A stretch of 64,000 bases of DNA from Geosiphon pyriformis uo1 (lineage: Eukaryota; Fungi; Glomeromycota): positions 1 to 64,000 of the forward strand of contig JAAOMT010000474.1 in the NCBI GenBank assembly GCA_016748015.1. The letters are read 5' to 3'. Under the pieces are notes generated by a model. It saw only the letters and a list, made by a program, of their open reading frames with translations. It had not been told where the DNA came from and searched no databases. This document shows, in pieces, positions 23,058 through 36,510 of this stretch (within the stretch, counting starts at the first letter, position 1; every line of letters starts with the position of its first letter). The translations under genes and the position numbers were made by a program.

Positions 23058-26000
23058 ATGTCTTTAAATTCATCAACTGAAAACGCAACTTCAACCCTCG
23101 ACTGGCTTGAAGGAACATTGATTGTTATCAATGAAAATTTGGCAATTTTTCCAGCTACTGAATATTCAAAAGTTGCTGAATTAGTGAAAAAATATCTTGT
23201 GCGCGATCAGAAAACACCTGAAAATTTGTTCGATTGCTTGAATAAGCAAAATCCAAAGCGTTCGATAGACAATATTTTACTCGGCTTTTCTTTAGAACAT
23301 GGGATTGGAACTATCCCTAATTTAACAAAAGCATTTTTAAAATATCAGAAAGCAGCGGACGCAAAAGATTCTCTTGAACAATTCTTCTTGGGACGTTGTT
23401 ATGATACTGGAACTGGTACTTCTCAAGATCAAGGAAAAGCATATGAACTTTATTCAAAAGCAGCAGAGGCGGGACATTTAAANNNNNNNNNNNNNNNNNN
23501 NNTTATGCTAATGGAGAAGGGACGACAAAAGATTCAGAAAAAGCATTTGAACTTTATTCAAAAGCAGCAGAGGCGGGACATTTAAATGCGCAATACAATC
23601 TTGCAGTTTTTTATGCTAATGGAAGAGGAACGACAAAAGATTCAGAAAAAGCATTTGAACTTTATTCAAAAGCAGCAGAAGCGGGACTTTTAGGCGCAAA
23701 ATACAATCTTGCACTTTGTTATGCTAATGGAGAGGGGACGATGAGAAATTCAGAAAAAGCATTTGAACTTTTTTCAAAAGCTGCAGAGGCGGGACATTTA
23801 AGTGCACAATCCAATCTTGCAGTTTTTTATGCTAATGGAGAAGGGACGACAAAAGATTCAGAAAAAGCATTTGAACTTTTTTCAAAAGCTGCAGAGGCGG
23901 GACATTTAAATGCACAACACAATCTTNNNNNNNNNNNNNNNNNNNNNNNNNNNNNNNNNNNNNNNNNNNNNNNNNNNNNNNNNNNNNNNNNNNNNNNNNN
24001 NGCATTTGAACTTTATTCAAAAGCAGCAGAGGCGGGAGATTTAAATGCACAATACAATCTTGCAGTTTGTTATTTAAATGGAAGAGGAACGACAAAAGAT
24101 TCAGAAAAAGCATTTGAACTTTATTCAAAAGCAGCAGAGGCGGGAGATTTAAATGCACAAGTTAATCTTGCAGTTTGTTATTTAAATGGAAGAGGAACGA
24201 CAAAAGATTCAGAAAAAGCATTTGAACTTTATTCAAAAGCAGCAGAGGCGGGAGATTTAAATGCACAATACAATCTTGCACTTTGTTATTTAAATGGAAG
24301 AGGAACGACAAAAGATTCAGAAAAAGCATTTGAACTTTATTCAACAGCAGCAGAGGCGGGACATTTAAATGCACAATACAATCTTGCACTTTTTTATGAT
24401 AATGGAGAAGGGACGATGAGAAATTCAGAAAAAGCATTTGAACTTTATTCAAAAGCAGCAGAGGCGGGACATTAAAATGCACAAGTTAATCTTGCAAATT
24501 GTTATTTAAATGGAAGAGGAACGACAAAAGATTCAGAAAAAGCATTTGAACTTTATTCAAAAGCAGCAGAGGCGGGACATTTCCTTGGACAAATTGCTCT
24601 TAGAGCATATCATCGAAATCGATTAGAAATAACGGAAGATCTGGAAAAAGAGGGAAATCCGAGTCCACAAACCAGTATTGGAACGTATCATCGAAAGGGA
24701 TGGGAAATAGTGAAAAATTTAGAAGAAACATTTCAATTCTATTTAAAAACAGCAGAGNNNNNNNNNNNNNNNNNNNNGCATTTGAACTTTATTCAAAAGC
24801 AGCAGAGGCGGGAGATTTAAATGCACAATACAATCTTGCACTTTGTTATTTAAATGGAAGAGGAACGACAAAAGATTCAGAAAAAGCATTTGAACTTTAT
24901 TCAAAAGCAGCAGAGGCGGGACATTTAAATGCACAATACAATCTTGCACTTTGTTATTTAAATGGAAGAGGAACGACAAAAGATTCAGAAAAAGCATTTG
25001 AACTTTATTCAAAAGCAGCAGAGGCGGGAAATTTAGACTCACAAGTTAATCTTGCAAATTGTTATTTAAATGGAAGAGGAACGACAAAAGATTCAGAAAA
25101 AGCATTTGAACTTTATTCAAAAGCAGCAGAGGCGGGACATTTAAATGCACAAAACAGCCTTGCAGTTTGTTATTTAAATGGAAGAGGAACGACAAAAGAT
25201 TCAGAAAAAGCATTTGAACTTTATTCAAAAGCAGCAGAGGCGGGAGATTTAAATGCACAAAACAGCCTTGCAGTTTGTTATTTAAATGGAAGAGGAACGA
25301 CAAAAGATTCAGAAAAAGCATTTGAACTTNNNNNNNNNNNNNNNNNNNNCTCTATTTAAAAGCAGCGGGAGCAGATAACTTGTGTTATCAAAATGATTTT
25401 CCTGATTTGAATGTCCATGACCTTTCTTTACAGGACCAAGACAATCTGGAATATTTTATTTTACGATTCCAAAATCGAAGCTTTAAATACCGCGATAATT
25501 TGAAAGGAGAATTTTTAAATTTTGAAGCCTTCTTTGACCAGCTTTCAGATGAATTCAAGTGTTTCAAATGTGACAACTTGGGTATAATCATTAATGGATC
25601 TCCTATATGTCCATTTTGTGATTCTGATAAAAGGGATGATACCTTTAAAGTCGTATTGCCGAAATGTCTAGAATGTTATAAAACATCAAAAGATCCGCTT
25701 TGGTGTAAATCTTGTGAATATTCACGATTTTACAAAATTTGGGGAAAATGGAGTAGTGGAAATGAAAATATTAATCAGTATATCGCATATACACAACTCT
25801 CTTCTGAAAACTGCAGAGGCTGCCTAGAATGGATTTCTCCCAACGAGATCGAATTTTTAGATAAGGTGGGAGAGGGAGGATTTGGTATTGTTAAAAAAGG
25901 TAGTTGGGAGATAGGCAAAATTCTATTTTGGGAAAAGAAAAGTCAAAAGTATGAACGAACTGGGGTTACAAAGGTTGCTTTGAAGTATCTCAAAGATAGC

Positions 26001-27068
26001 CAGAATATAAAATATATTAATTCAGATGAGGTATTTCATTTTAAGAATCTATGTGATTTTTATTACATTTTTCTAACACTAAAACTATATTTGTGTAGTT
26101 TATTTCCCATCATCAAAGTGCCACTTGCAAATACATCCTTGAATGCTATGGGATCACAAAAGACATTACAACCGATGAATATGTTATGGTTTTACCATTT
26201 GCGGAACACGGGGATCTCAGAGCTTTTCTCAAGTTGAACAAAGATATTCTTACGTGGGACATGTTTCTTCGTATTCTTTTTCAAATCGCTGGTGGCCTAC
26301 GATTTATCCATGAATCAAAACTGGTGCATGGGGACTTGCATCCTGGAAATATCCTTGTTTTGAAAACAAACCCCTTAAAAGTTGTCATTTCTGATCTTGG
26401 ACACTGTCGTCCTGCAGATTACGTTCCACAGTCTGGGAAAATTTATGGTATTCTTGAGTATCTTGCGCCTGAAATTTGCAAGGGGAGTTATCATACTAAG
26501 TATAGCGATATATACAGCTTTGCTATCATTTCATGTGAAATCATATCGGGAGAAAGACCTTTTAATAATACAGATCCTATCAACGTGGTACATGATGTGA
26601 TTAAGGGAAAGCGTCCTACTATCAAGAAACATACACCTCAATGTATTCAGGAAATAAATGAAAAAAATTGGCAATATGATCCGTCTTGTCGTGATAGTGC
26701 AGAAGAACTTCAACAAAGAGTTATCGCTGCTCATGATAATTGTCATTTAAATGAACTTGTCTATGAGAAAAGATTTTATTCTGAAGAGATAAAAGATGCT
26801 CAACATGATGAAACAAGATATAAAAGTCAACATATCTCAAACTTTACATGTTCAATGAGTGGTGAGACTTTCATTATCATATTTAATGTTTAAGAATTTT
26901 TCTGATTTAAGCGTCTTTTTTCCAGATCTGGATTCTTCTACTAGCATTAGTCATACGAATAAAGACACACTTGACCAAATCAGTAAGCACTTTCAATTTA
27001 TTTTAAAAATGATATTAATTGTTTTTTATCAATATTTAACTATAAAATGGTTTGAAATAGATGAATAA
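23058..27068 (+). CDS. Sel1-like repeat (SLR) + Cys-rich + tyrosine-kinase-like kinase
   Basis: 36-aa SLR units; C..C/WC..C/WSSGN/LEWI linker; GEGGFG, VALK, HGDLHPGN, DLG, APE. Predicted introns 26031-26098, 26862-26925, 26983-27060. Four N-gaps and one TAA (24473) in the array leave integrity uncertain. Confidence 0.8.
23330..25330 (+). repeat. 108-bp coding tandem array (SLR)
   Basis: Recurring GCATTTGAACTTTATTCAAAAGCAGCAGAGGCGGGA at a 108-bp period. Confidence 0.95.
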
Positions 27069-28520
27069 TTTGAACAAAGAATTGGTTGTTTATAAAAATT
27101 ATTATATATGGTTTTATTAGTAAAGGCAATTTAAAACGCATTTATTTAATTCAAGATTTTGTGGATTGAGAAAACTGGCGTACAAGGCGTCGGATATTTT
27201 AGGCAAAAAATTTTGGAGCTTAGACTTTGTTTTGCTAGATAGTGTAATCTTGATTGGCTTGGATGGCTGGTCACATGTAGAAAGTGCATGAGCTGCGTTT
27301 ATTGTAGAACATGTATAAGTTTTGTGTGTACATAGGATAGTGGTTGGACTTGCACACAAAAAATATTAAGAAATTACATATTTTGTTTACCATATAAAAA
27401 ATTCAAAAATTTAAGTTTAAATTTATTAGCTTTACTTATATTTTGGGTTTAAATAATAATCTGTTTGTTTAATAATTTTTTCTTTGTACTTAAAAATGGT
27501 AAAGTTTTTTTTAAAAAAAAGGTTGTTAATATTTTTTTATTTAAAATCTTAATGATATAAATTATATTTCTTTAATTGGAATTTGAAATAATACATTATA
27601 TTTGTTTTAAAAAGTTTTCCTATTTGAATAATTTAATTAATTTGTGCAATATTTTTATAATTAATTTTCACTTTTGATTTTCAAAAAACAAAATAACAAC
27701 TTACTAGTAATACATAATAATTTGAGTTAATCTATTATTAAAAAAACTTGAAAATAAAAATAAAAATAAAATAAAAAAATTACTTGAATAAAAAGACAAA
27801 TATTATTCTTATTTTAAAATNNNNNNNNNNNNNNNNNNNNTTTCATATTAAAGTATTGTCATGTTAAATATTAAAATGTTAATTTCAAAAAATGAAATAT
27901 CTTACTCAGTATCTATTTAAATAAAATTAATGAGATCTAATGAATTATAAAAATATAACAAAAACATATTAATTCTCCCTTTCTATTCAATCTTAATTTT
28001 CTTCTTTGTAGCAGTCAGATTCAATCGGAATTAAAACACAAAGATAATTGATTCATAAATATTTCTTTAATCCATATTATTTTTTTAGTGGCCAAATTAC
28101 TTTAACTGTTATAATTCTTGCCTTTTCATTAAAATATCTCATTCGTTATTTAAAATATGTTATTTGTTACTGAGAACTATTTGCTTCTTATTTAAAATAT
28201 TTGTTGCTTTATATTTTAAAACATCTTTCTGTAGATTCAATGAGCACTGAACCAAATTTGGGTTAGGTAAATTTTGGAATTGATTAAATTGAAGTATATT
28301 TTTACATAGGGTTAATTTTCTTTGATCATGAACAAGAGAATTATTTTGTTGTGAATTTCAGGAGAAATAATCTATAATTTCTAAATTTAATCTTGGTTAT
28401 ATTTTGATTTAATTTGGAAAGATCTAAAGATTTGAATAATATCGAATTCTAAATGCATCAACAAATGATATTGAAGCTATTTAAATAAGGAAGTCTCATT
28501 GACATTTATGCTAGGAATGT

Positions 28521-28539
28521 CTGTCTCTTATACACATCT
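28521..28539 (+). other. Nextera/Tn5 mosaic-end adapter (assembly contamination)
   Basis: Exact CTGTCTCTTATACACATCT, followed by a near-exact copy (28540-28770) of 27590-27820. Confidence 0.95.
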
Positions 28540-31500
28540 AATACATTATATTTGTTTTAAAAAGTTTTCCTATTTGAATAATTTAATTAATTTGTGCAAT
28601 ATTTTTATAATTAATTTTCACTTTTGATTTTCAAAAAACAAAATAACAACTTACTAGTAATACATAATAATTTTAGTTAATCTATTATTAAAAAAACTTG
28701 AAAATAAAAATAAAAATAAAATAAAAAAATTACTTGAATAAAAAGACAAATATTATTCTTATTTTAAAATTACCAAAAGTAAATAATACTAAATAATACA
28801 ATTATTTAGTTTTTATTTGTCAATATTATTATAAACAATTTCTATTTTTATCGATCAATTATTTTAGGAGCAATGCGCAAGTCTGTTTTTGAATTTATAA
28901 TTAGAATGAAAAAACATAAATTGATATATAAAAAAAATACAAGCAATTAAATTATTTGACTTAAACTTTTTATATTTAAATAATTTATGAATTTAATATT
29001 GTTTTACTGATACTTTTATTATTATTATTAAACTATTTTTAAAATTATATTGTTTTGTAAAAAAAAAATTTATTATTTCAAGCAAATTGACCAATTTTAG
29101 CCTATTAAAATATGGTTAGAAAATAAGTGTATTTTTATTTAAGTGTTAATTAGTCCATCAAAAAGATATCTTGACGAAAGCTTGAAAGGCTGCACCCAAG
29201 TTAAAAGTCTTTTTAAATTTGAAAAATAATTACAGTTAAAATCAATTTTGAAAAATTATTTTCCATCTTAATGTTCAAAAAAATCATTCTATTTATTACT
29301 TTGTAGTTATTTTAACAAGAAATTTATGAATCTGCAGAAAATTAAAAAAACGTCTTTTACCAATATTTTTTGTATTCTGCTTAATTCTTTTACACATTTT
29401 TCCTCAAACTTCAACCGTTTTTTACATTGTTTAATTCAAGTTTTCTTCCAGAGTTTTTCACATATCATCCTTTTCATCCGACATTTTGTTTATTTTCTCT
29501 ATCTCTCTTATTTCCTGTTACCAATTTCGTTATTACCCTCTACCTTCAAACAGTTAAATGAAATTGGTGAAGGCTAAGTTTTAAAATAAAAATCTTTGCA
29601 AATTAGAAAAATAAATTTTTAAATTATTAGTAGAGAAGTCAGTTTTTCTGAAAAATATTTTCGTTTTTGATGAAATTAGTCATATAAATAAATTTTATGA
29701 ATAATATCAAAAAAATCTTTACTCTAAAAAGAATCTAATAGTAATTTTTTGGTTATGAAAATAAAATAAAAAAGTTATATATCTATTTTTGATAATGTCA
29801 TAATAATTAGTTGACTGCTAAAAGGTTTTTTTAAACAATATTATTGAATTAAAAATTCTTATCCGGATTGAATGCTTAATTAAAGTTATGTTTTATCATT
29901 ACGTATAAGATAAATTTTTTAAAATATAAGCGTGTTGGTGCAATAATTTGTTTTTTTATTATAAAATTTATATGTAAAAACTTGAAATATTCTCATAAAA
30001 TCAGTTTAACTCAAATTTTGAATAGTTTGTAAAATTTTTAACCTAATTTTTTTAATTTTTTTTTAACTATTGCAAATTAAAAGTTTCTAAAACTGTACAC
30101 AAATAAAGTTTCAACTAAAATAAAAATAAAACAAGTCAAGAATAAAAGTAAATATAAATAAATATTAAAGAATAAAGTAAAAAATTATCTTAATATATAT
30201 TATAAGTCATATTATAAATAGAAAAGATATATGATTATCTAATTTAAAATAACATAATTGTATAATTAAGAAATAAAAATAAATGAACTGTAAAAAAAAA
30301 TTTTAATAAAATAATTAAGAAAATTTTAAATAAAAAAAATTACTTTAGAATAATATATATTTTCAATTTGTTAGGTTCTTAAAAATTTAACAATTTATGA
30401 TTAAGATATTTTTCCCAAATGTATAGATTAAAAATAGATTTAAAAATATAATAGAGATTTTTTTGGGATTTTAGATTCTTTTCATTTAAAATTATAACTT
30501 TTTTTTGTTATATTAAAATTAAAATTAAAAAATTTATATTTTTTTTGGTGTTATATTTTTTTCAAACTATTTTATTATATATTTTATCAATATAATAATT
30601 ATGTAAGTAAATACCTTAAACATTTTCCCGATTATAAAATTAAACTATAAAAGCAAATAAATACGAAATTCTTCTTGGTTTTTATTATTTAATTTAAAAT
30701 TATATTATTTAATCTTTGATTATTTAATATTTAATTATTCAATAGTTATTTCAACTCAAAATTTCAAAATCTTTTATATAAAGACAAGAACTCACAGGAA
30801 AAATAGCAGAATTTATTAATTTCAACAAAAATTATACATAATACTGTGACAATCTTAAACAAGAATGATTTACTGTAAAATATCAAAGTCTCAAGGCTTA
30901 AAAAATCATAAATTTTGAATTAGCCTTTAATTTTGACTGAATTACATTTTATGGATTCATCTCTTCATATTTCAGTACTTAGATATTAATACACTTGGTG
31001 AAAATTACATTATAGGTTTTAATATACTCAATTTCTTTGAGTAAATTTTAATGATTTTTTTATTAAAACTTAAATATTTCTACTCAATAAAGTAATACTG
31101 AATGCATCAAATTTTATAATGGATTTAAAGCATTTATACTTCAAAAATATATAATTTCAAGGCAAAGATATACAGGAATTAATTTTTGTAATTTAGATTT
31201 TATCTAACATATTCAAATATCAACCGATATGTACAAAATTTTAAACAAAATATTTGCCAAGTGAAAAACAAAAATGATAATTTTGAAAATTTTAATTTAA
31301 TGTGAATATCAAGATAATATCGAGATTTGGGATTTTTTTTAAAACAAAATCATGGGAATAACTAATTAATTAAATTGGTTTGTTGATTTGTTATAAACTT
31401 TATGCAAAGGAAATGTTATTAAATTTGTTATTATTGAACTGACTAGAGCTAACGAAAACCATCTGTAATATTAGGATTAGATTATACATTTAGAAAATTT

Positions 31501-31948
31501 ATAATATTCAGTCTTTTTTATGCCTTTTGCACTTTTATCCATTTAAGCAATGTAAATAAGATAATAAAATAGGTGTCTATTTTCAGCGTTTCAGATTTCT
31601 TTAAGGTCTAGCCTTTTCAGAAATGTGATTATAGGTTAAAAAAACCATCTGCAATCTTGAGAACTAGATTGTAGAATTAGGAAATTTATCAATGAGCTAT
31701 TAACAATAACAAACATTGTCAGCCTTTTTTACATCTTTGGATTCCAAAAAATTTTTATCCATTTAAACAATGTACGAAAAAGGCATCTATTTTCAGAACT
31801 TTCTAGTGTTTTAGATTTCTTTAAGGCCAAGGCTTTTTGGGAATTTGATTATAGGTTAAAATCCTTATTTATTAACAAGATTAAATACTTCTTTACCTAT
31901 CCAAAATATTGGAGGTTTAATAATTCATTTGTGTTGCTACAAAAAATT

Positions 31949-33955
31949 ATGTCTTCAACTTCATCAATTGAAAATGCAACTTTATCCTTCAAATGGCTTG
32001 AAGAAGCATTAATTGTCATCAAAGAAAATTTGGCCATTTTTTCAGCTAGTAAATATTCAAAAGTTGCTGACTTGGTAAAATAATATGTTGAGTGCAATCA
32101 GAAAAAACCTGAAAACTTCTTCAATTGCTTAAATAATAAAAGTTCAAAGCATTTGATAGACTATATCTTGCTCAGCTTTTCTTTAGAACATGGAATTGGA
32201 ACTATTCTTAATTTAGAAAGAGCATTTTTAGAATTTCGAAAAGCAGTGAATGCAGACAACTCTTTTGGACAATTTTTTTTAAGACATTGTTATAATAATG
32301 GAATTGGCACTAAACAAGATCAAAAAAAAGCATTTGAACTTTATTTAAAAGCGGCAGAGGCAGAAGATTCAGATACTAAATATAGTCTTGCAATTTGTTA
32401 TGATAATGGAAAAGCAACAACAAAAAATTTAGAAAAAGCATTTGAACTTTATTCAAAAGCAGCAGAGGCAGGACATACAATGGCACAACTCAATCTTGTA
32501 CTTTGTTATTTATATGGAAGAGAGACAACAAAAAATTCTGAAAAAGCATTTCAACTTTATTCAAAAGCAGCAAAGGTGAGACATACAACAGCACAATTTA
32601 ATCTTGCACTTTTTTATGCTAATAGAAAAGAAACAATGAAAAATTCAGAAAAAGCATTTCAACTTTATTCAAAAGCAACAGAGGCAAAACATACATTAGC
32701 ACAATACAATTTTGCAGTTTTTTATGATAATGAAGAAGGAACAACAAATAATTCTAAAAAAGCATTTCAATTTTATTTAAAAACAGCAGAAGTAAGACAT
32801 ACAACAGCACAATACAATCTTGCAAATTGTTATTTAAATGGAGAAGAAACAACAAAAAATTTAGAAAAAGCATTTAAATAGTTTTAAAAGCAGCAGAGGC
32901 AGAACATACAAAAGCACAATTAAATCTTGCAGCTTGTTATAATAATGAAGAAAAAACGAAAAAAAATTCAAAAAAGCATTTCAACTTTATTCAAAAGCAG
33001 CAGAGGTAAGAAACACAACAACACAATACAATCTTGCACTTTGTTATCAAAATGAATAGGGAATAAAAAAAATTTTAGAAAAAGCATTTGACCTTTATTC
33101 AAAAGCAGCAGAAACGAGAGATTTAAATACACAATTTAATCTTGCAGCTTGTTATCAAAATAGAGAAAGAATGACGAAAAATTCAGAAAAAGCATTTGAA
33201 CTTTATTCTAAAGCAGCAAAAGTGGAAGATTTAAAACCACAATTAAATCTTGTAGCTTGTTATGTTAATGGAGAAAGAACAACTAAAAATTCAGAAAAAG
33301 TATTTGAACTTTATTCCAAAGCAGCAAAGATGAAAAATTTAAATGCACAATTCAATCTTGCTCTTTGTTATGTTAATGGAATAGGAATGACAAAAAATTT
33401 AGCAAAAACCTTTGAACTTTTTTCAAAAGCAGCAGAGACAGGATATACAATAGCACAATACAATCTTGCAGTTTGTTATGATAGTGAAAGAAGAACAACA
33501 AAAAATTCAGAAAAAGCATTCAAACTTAATTTAAAAGCAGCAGAAGCAGGACATATACTAGCACAACACAATCTTGTACTTTGTTATTTAAATGAAGAAG
33601 AAACAACAAAAAATTCAGAAAAAACATTTAAACTTTTTTCAAAAGCAGTAGAGACAGGACATAAAACAGCACAATTTAATCTTACAGCTTTTTATGCTAA
33701 TAGAGAAGAAATAACAAAAAATATAGAAAAAGCATTTGAACTTTTTTTAAAAGCAGCAAAAGCAGGAAATTTAAATGCATAATATTATCTTGCAAATTGT
33801 TATGCTAATAGAGAAAAAATGACAAAAAATTTAAAAAAAGCATTTGAATTTTATTCAAAAGCAGCAGAAACAGAACATATACTGGCACAATACACTTTTG
33901 TACTTTGTTATTTATATGAAAGAAAGACAACAAAAAATGGGAAAAAGCATTCAAA
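31949..33955 (+). pseudogene. Hypermutated SLR paralog, no kinase domain
   Basis: MSSTSSIENAT..WLE matches the 23058 N-terminus; upstream 31790-31900 matches 22900-23030; about 16 SLR units with stops and frameshifts. Confidence 0.88.
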
Positions 33956-34115
33956 ATGAATGAAAAACTGCAAAAAATTTAGATTAAATACATAAATACA
34001 CAAATTCCAAATCAAATCAGATAAAAAAAAAATAATTAGTGATAAACAAAGAAAGATTGAACTTAGAACATTTGATTTTAAGTAAAGTAGTTTATTATAG
34101 AATGAAAATTAATTT

Positions 34116-34250
34116 AATTGGTTTATACAATTGATATGAGAAGTGATTTTATAATGTGTTTTTGGTAGAATATGATATAAAATTGGTTTATACAATTGAT
34201 ATGAGAGGTGATTTTATAATGTGTTTTTGGTAGAATATGATATAAAAATT
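34116..34250. repeat. 65-bp tandem duplication
   Basis: AATTGGTTTATACAATTGATATGAG... at 34116 and 34181. Confidence 0.85.
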
Positions 34251-36510
34251 GAAACAAAAAATAATACTTGATGCCATTTTCTCTATTCTCAACTTGCTAT
34301 TTGTTATTTCATTTGGTCAACTACAAAAAAGTGATAATTTGTTACAATAAAAATTCCAGTGTTTACCACATTAAAAATAGAAAATTGCAATATTGATTAA
34401 GTAAATTAGAATATTTTGAGTTTATTTAGAAATTATATTTGGAAATTATTCATATTGTTATTTATTTTTACAACAAAGAGTTAATCAATTAAAAACTTTT
34501 TTTAAGCAAGTATTACATTAATTTTTTAAAAATTTTTCTATATAATTTTGTTTCAAATTTTAAGAAATTTAATAAAAATATAATGCAAACCATTTATAGT
34601 CATCAAACAATTTATATAATTTTAGTCTTCCAATTTTAATAATATTAAAAAACTAAACCATAAATATGATAGATTAAGTTCTTTTCTTTCACATTTACAG
34701 TTTAATTTTTTGAATTATATTATAATTTATAAAGTTATTAAAGTTTAAAATTAATCACTTTTATTATTAATCTTTAATTTTCGGATGCTGATCAATCAAA
34801 TTTTAGCCAATTAGCAATCATTAAAGTCACGTTACCACGTGATAAATCATCAAAGTATTATTATTTTTAGAAAAGCTTCCAATTAATATTAATCTAATCT
34901 TTGGATAGTCACTTTTTTATAAAAATATAATATCTTTCAGCTTGCATATCTTCTGCTGATAACATAGTACCATTAACTATGAATATTCTATTCATGCCAC
35001 CACTATATTTGGTTGTCATTATTGAAACAAAAACCCAGATATCAATATTGTTTACACCAGACATCAAAAAAATTGTAAAAGTACTATAAGTAATTGTTGG
35101 AGAATTTAAGAATGTTATTTGTATTCTATTTATAATCTTGTATTATTATAATATGGATACTTACTTTGAATTCACAAATAACTTTTCAATGACTATAATA
35201 TTGTATTTCAAAGAATTGCTTAAATCTAAAAGATATACAAAATTTTTTGTAATAAAGATTTCTAGTTAAATTTAATATTTGAATAATAAATTATATCAAA
35301 GAGAAATATAATGACTAAAATACCTATTGTGTATTCGACCAAATAATAATCTAGTTTTAAAATTGGTTTCCTAGGCTGTAAAAAAGATTTTAATTATTGA
35401 ATATTTCAACAACTTATTAGAATGTAATATATAATAGCTTATCACAATAATCAAGAAACTTATATAAGTTGGTGTTAATTTAGAAAAATTAGATTAAAAT
35501 TGAAAGATTTTTGACTTTATCTTAATTAAGAAAACTGAAATTGTCTTAAAGCCCATAACCTTGAATAATTTTTTTTGTTAGTGTTGTATATTTTCTAATA
35601 AGTTCATTTTAATGCAAAAAATGTATGAACCATATTAGTTTAAGTAGATAAAACCCAGATTTTTTTGTAAAAGCCTAATAAACTTCTTACTAGTAAAAAT
35701 TTTGCATCTTTAAAAATATGTGAATTATTATTAAAATACATGGTATTTTCAAAATTAATTATAAGTTCTAATTAAATTTATAAATGAATAATATCTTTTT
35801 CGAATTTTTTATTAATGTAATATAGAAAACATATGTTAAGTATTAAGTAATCAATGGGAAAGAAATACATAATATCAATCTCAATCATGTTTAAAAATCT
35901 TGGCTTTTTGATTACATTATAATATTCTGGATATTCTTCTTTAGATCACAAATCTATAAATAATTTGGCATATTGTTGATTACTGAATATAAAAATGAGA
36001 AATCACAACTAGGCTGTAATACTAAAATTGAAATCTATTTCAAATATTTTTACCTACTATTTTTTTGATCAACAATTATTTTCAATAAATTAGTTCTAAA
36101 AGATCAGCTTCAATTTAAAAATCAGGTTTCTTTTGAATTGATTGTTTAATTATCAATATTAGACTTTTTTGTCCAAATTTTTTGTCATAAGTCAAAGAAA
36201 TTTTTGTGATAACTAGTTTTATTGATGTCACTTGAATTTTTAGTTTAGATAATCTCCCCAATTTCAATAAAATTTTTTTTTGATGAATACCAAAGAAGTT
36301 TTTTTTTGATTGTTTTTTATCTAGAACTATAAAACAGAAATTAAAGTTTAAATTGGAACTAAAGAGATTTAAAAAATAAATATATATCTGAGTTAAAAAT
36401 GCTATTTTCATTATAATATAATTTTTTTGTATAATATTACACAGTTTAAATCTTTTAATTCTGTTCAAGCACTAATTACACACTAGATTAATATTAAATT
36501 ACATAAAAAA

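Noticed and set aside
23832-25321. Leu-rich minus-strand ORFs
   Set aside because: Antisense shadows of the SLR array.
23440-25330. Diversity-generating retroelement acting on the SLR repeats
   Set aside because: Variation is not adenine-specific, there is no template/variable repeat pair, and the nearby RTs are Gypsy and LINE types.
28521-28539. Genuine bacterial Tn5/IS50 insertion or horizontal transfer
   Set aside because: It is the synthetic mosaic end, single, next to a gap and a duplicated flank.
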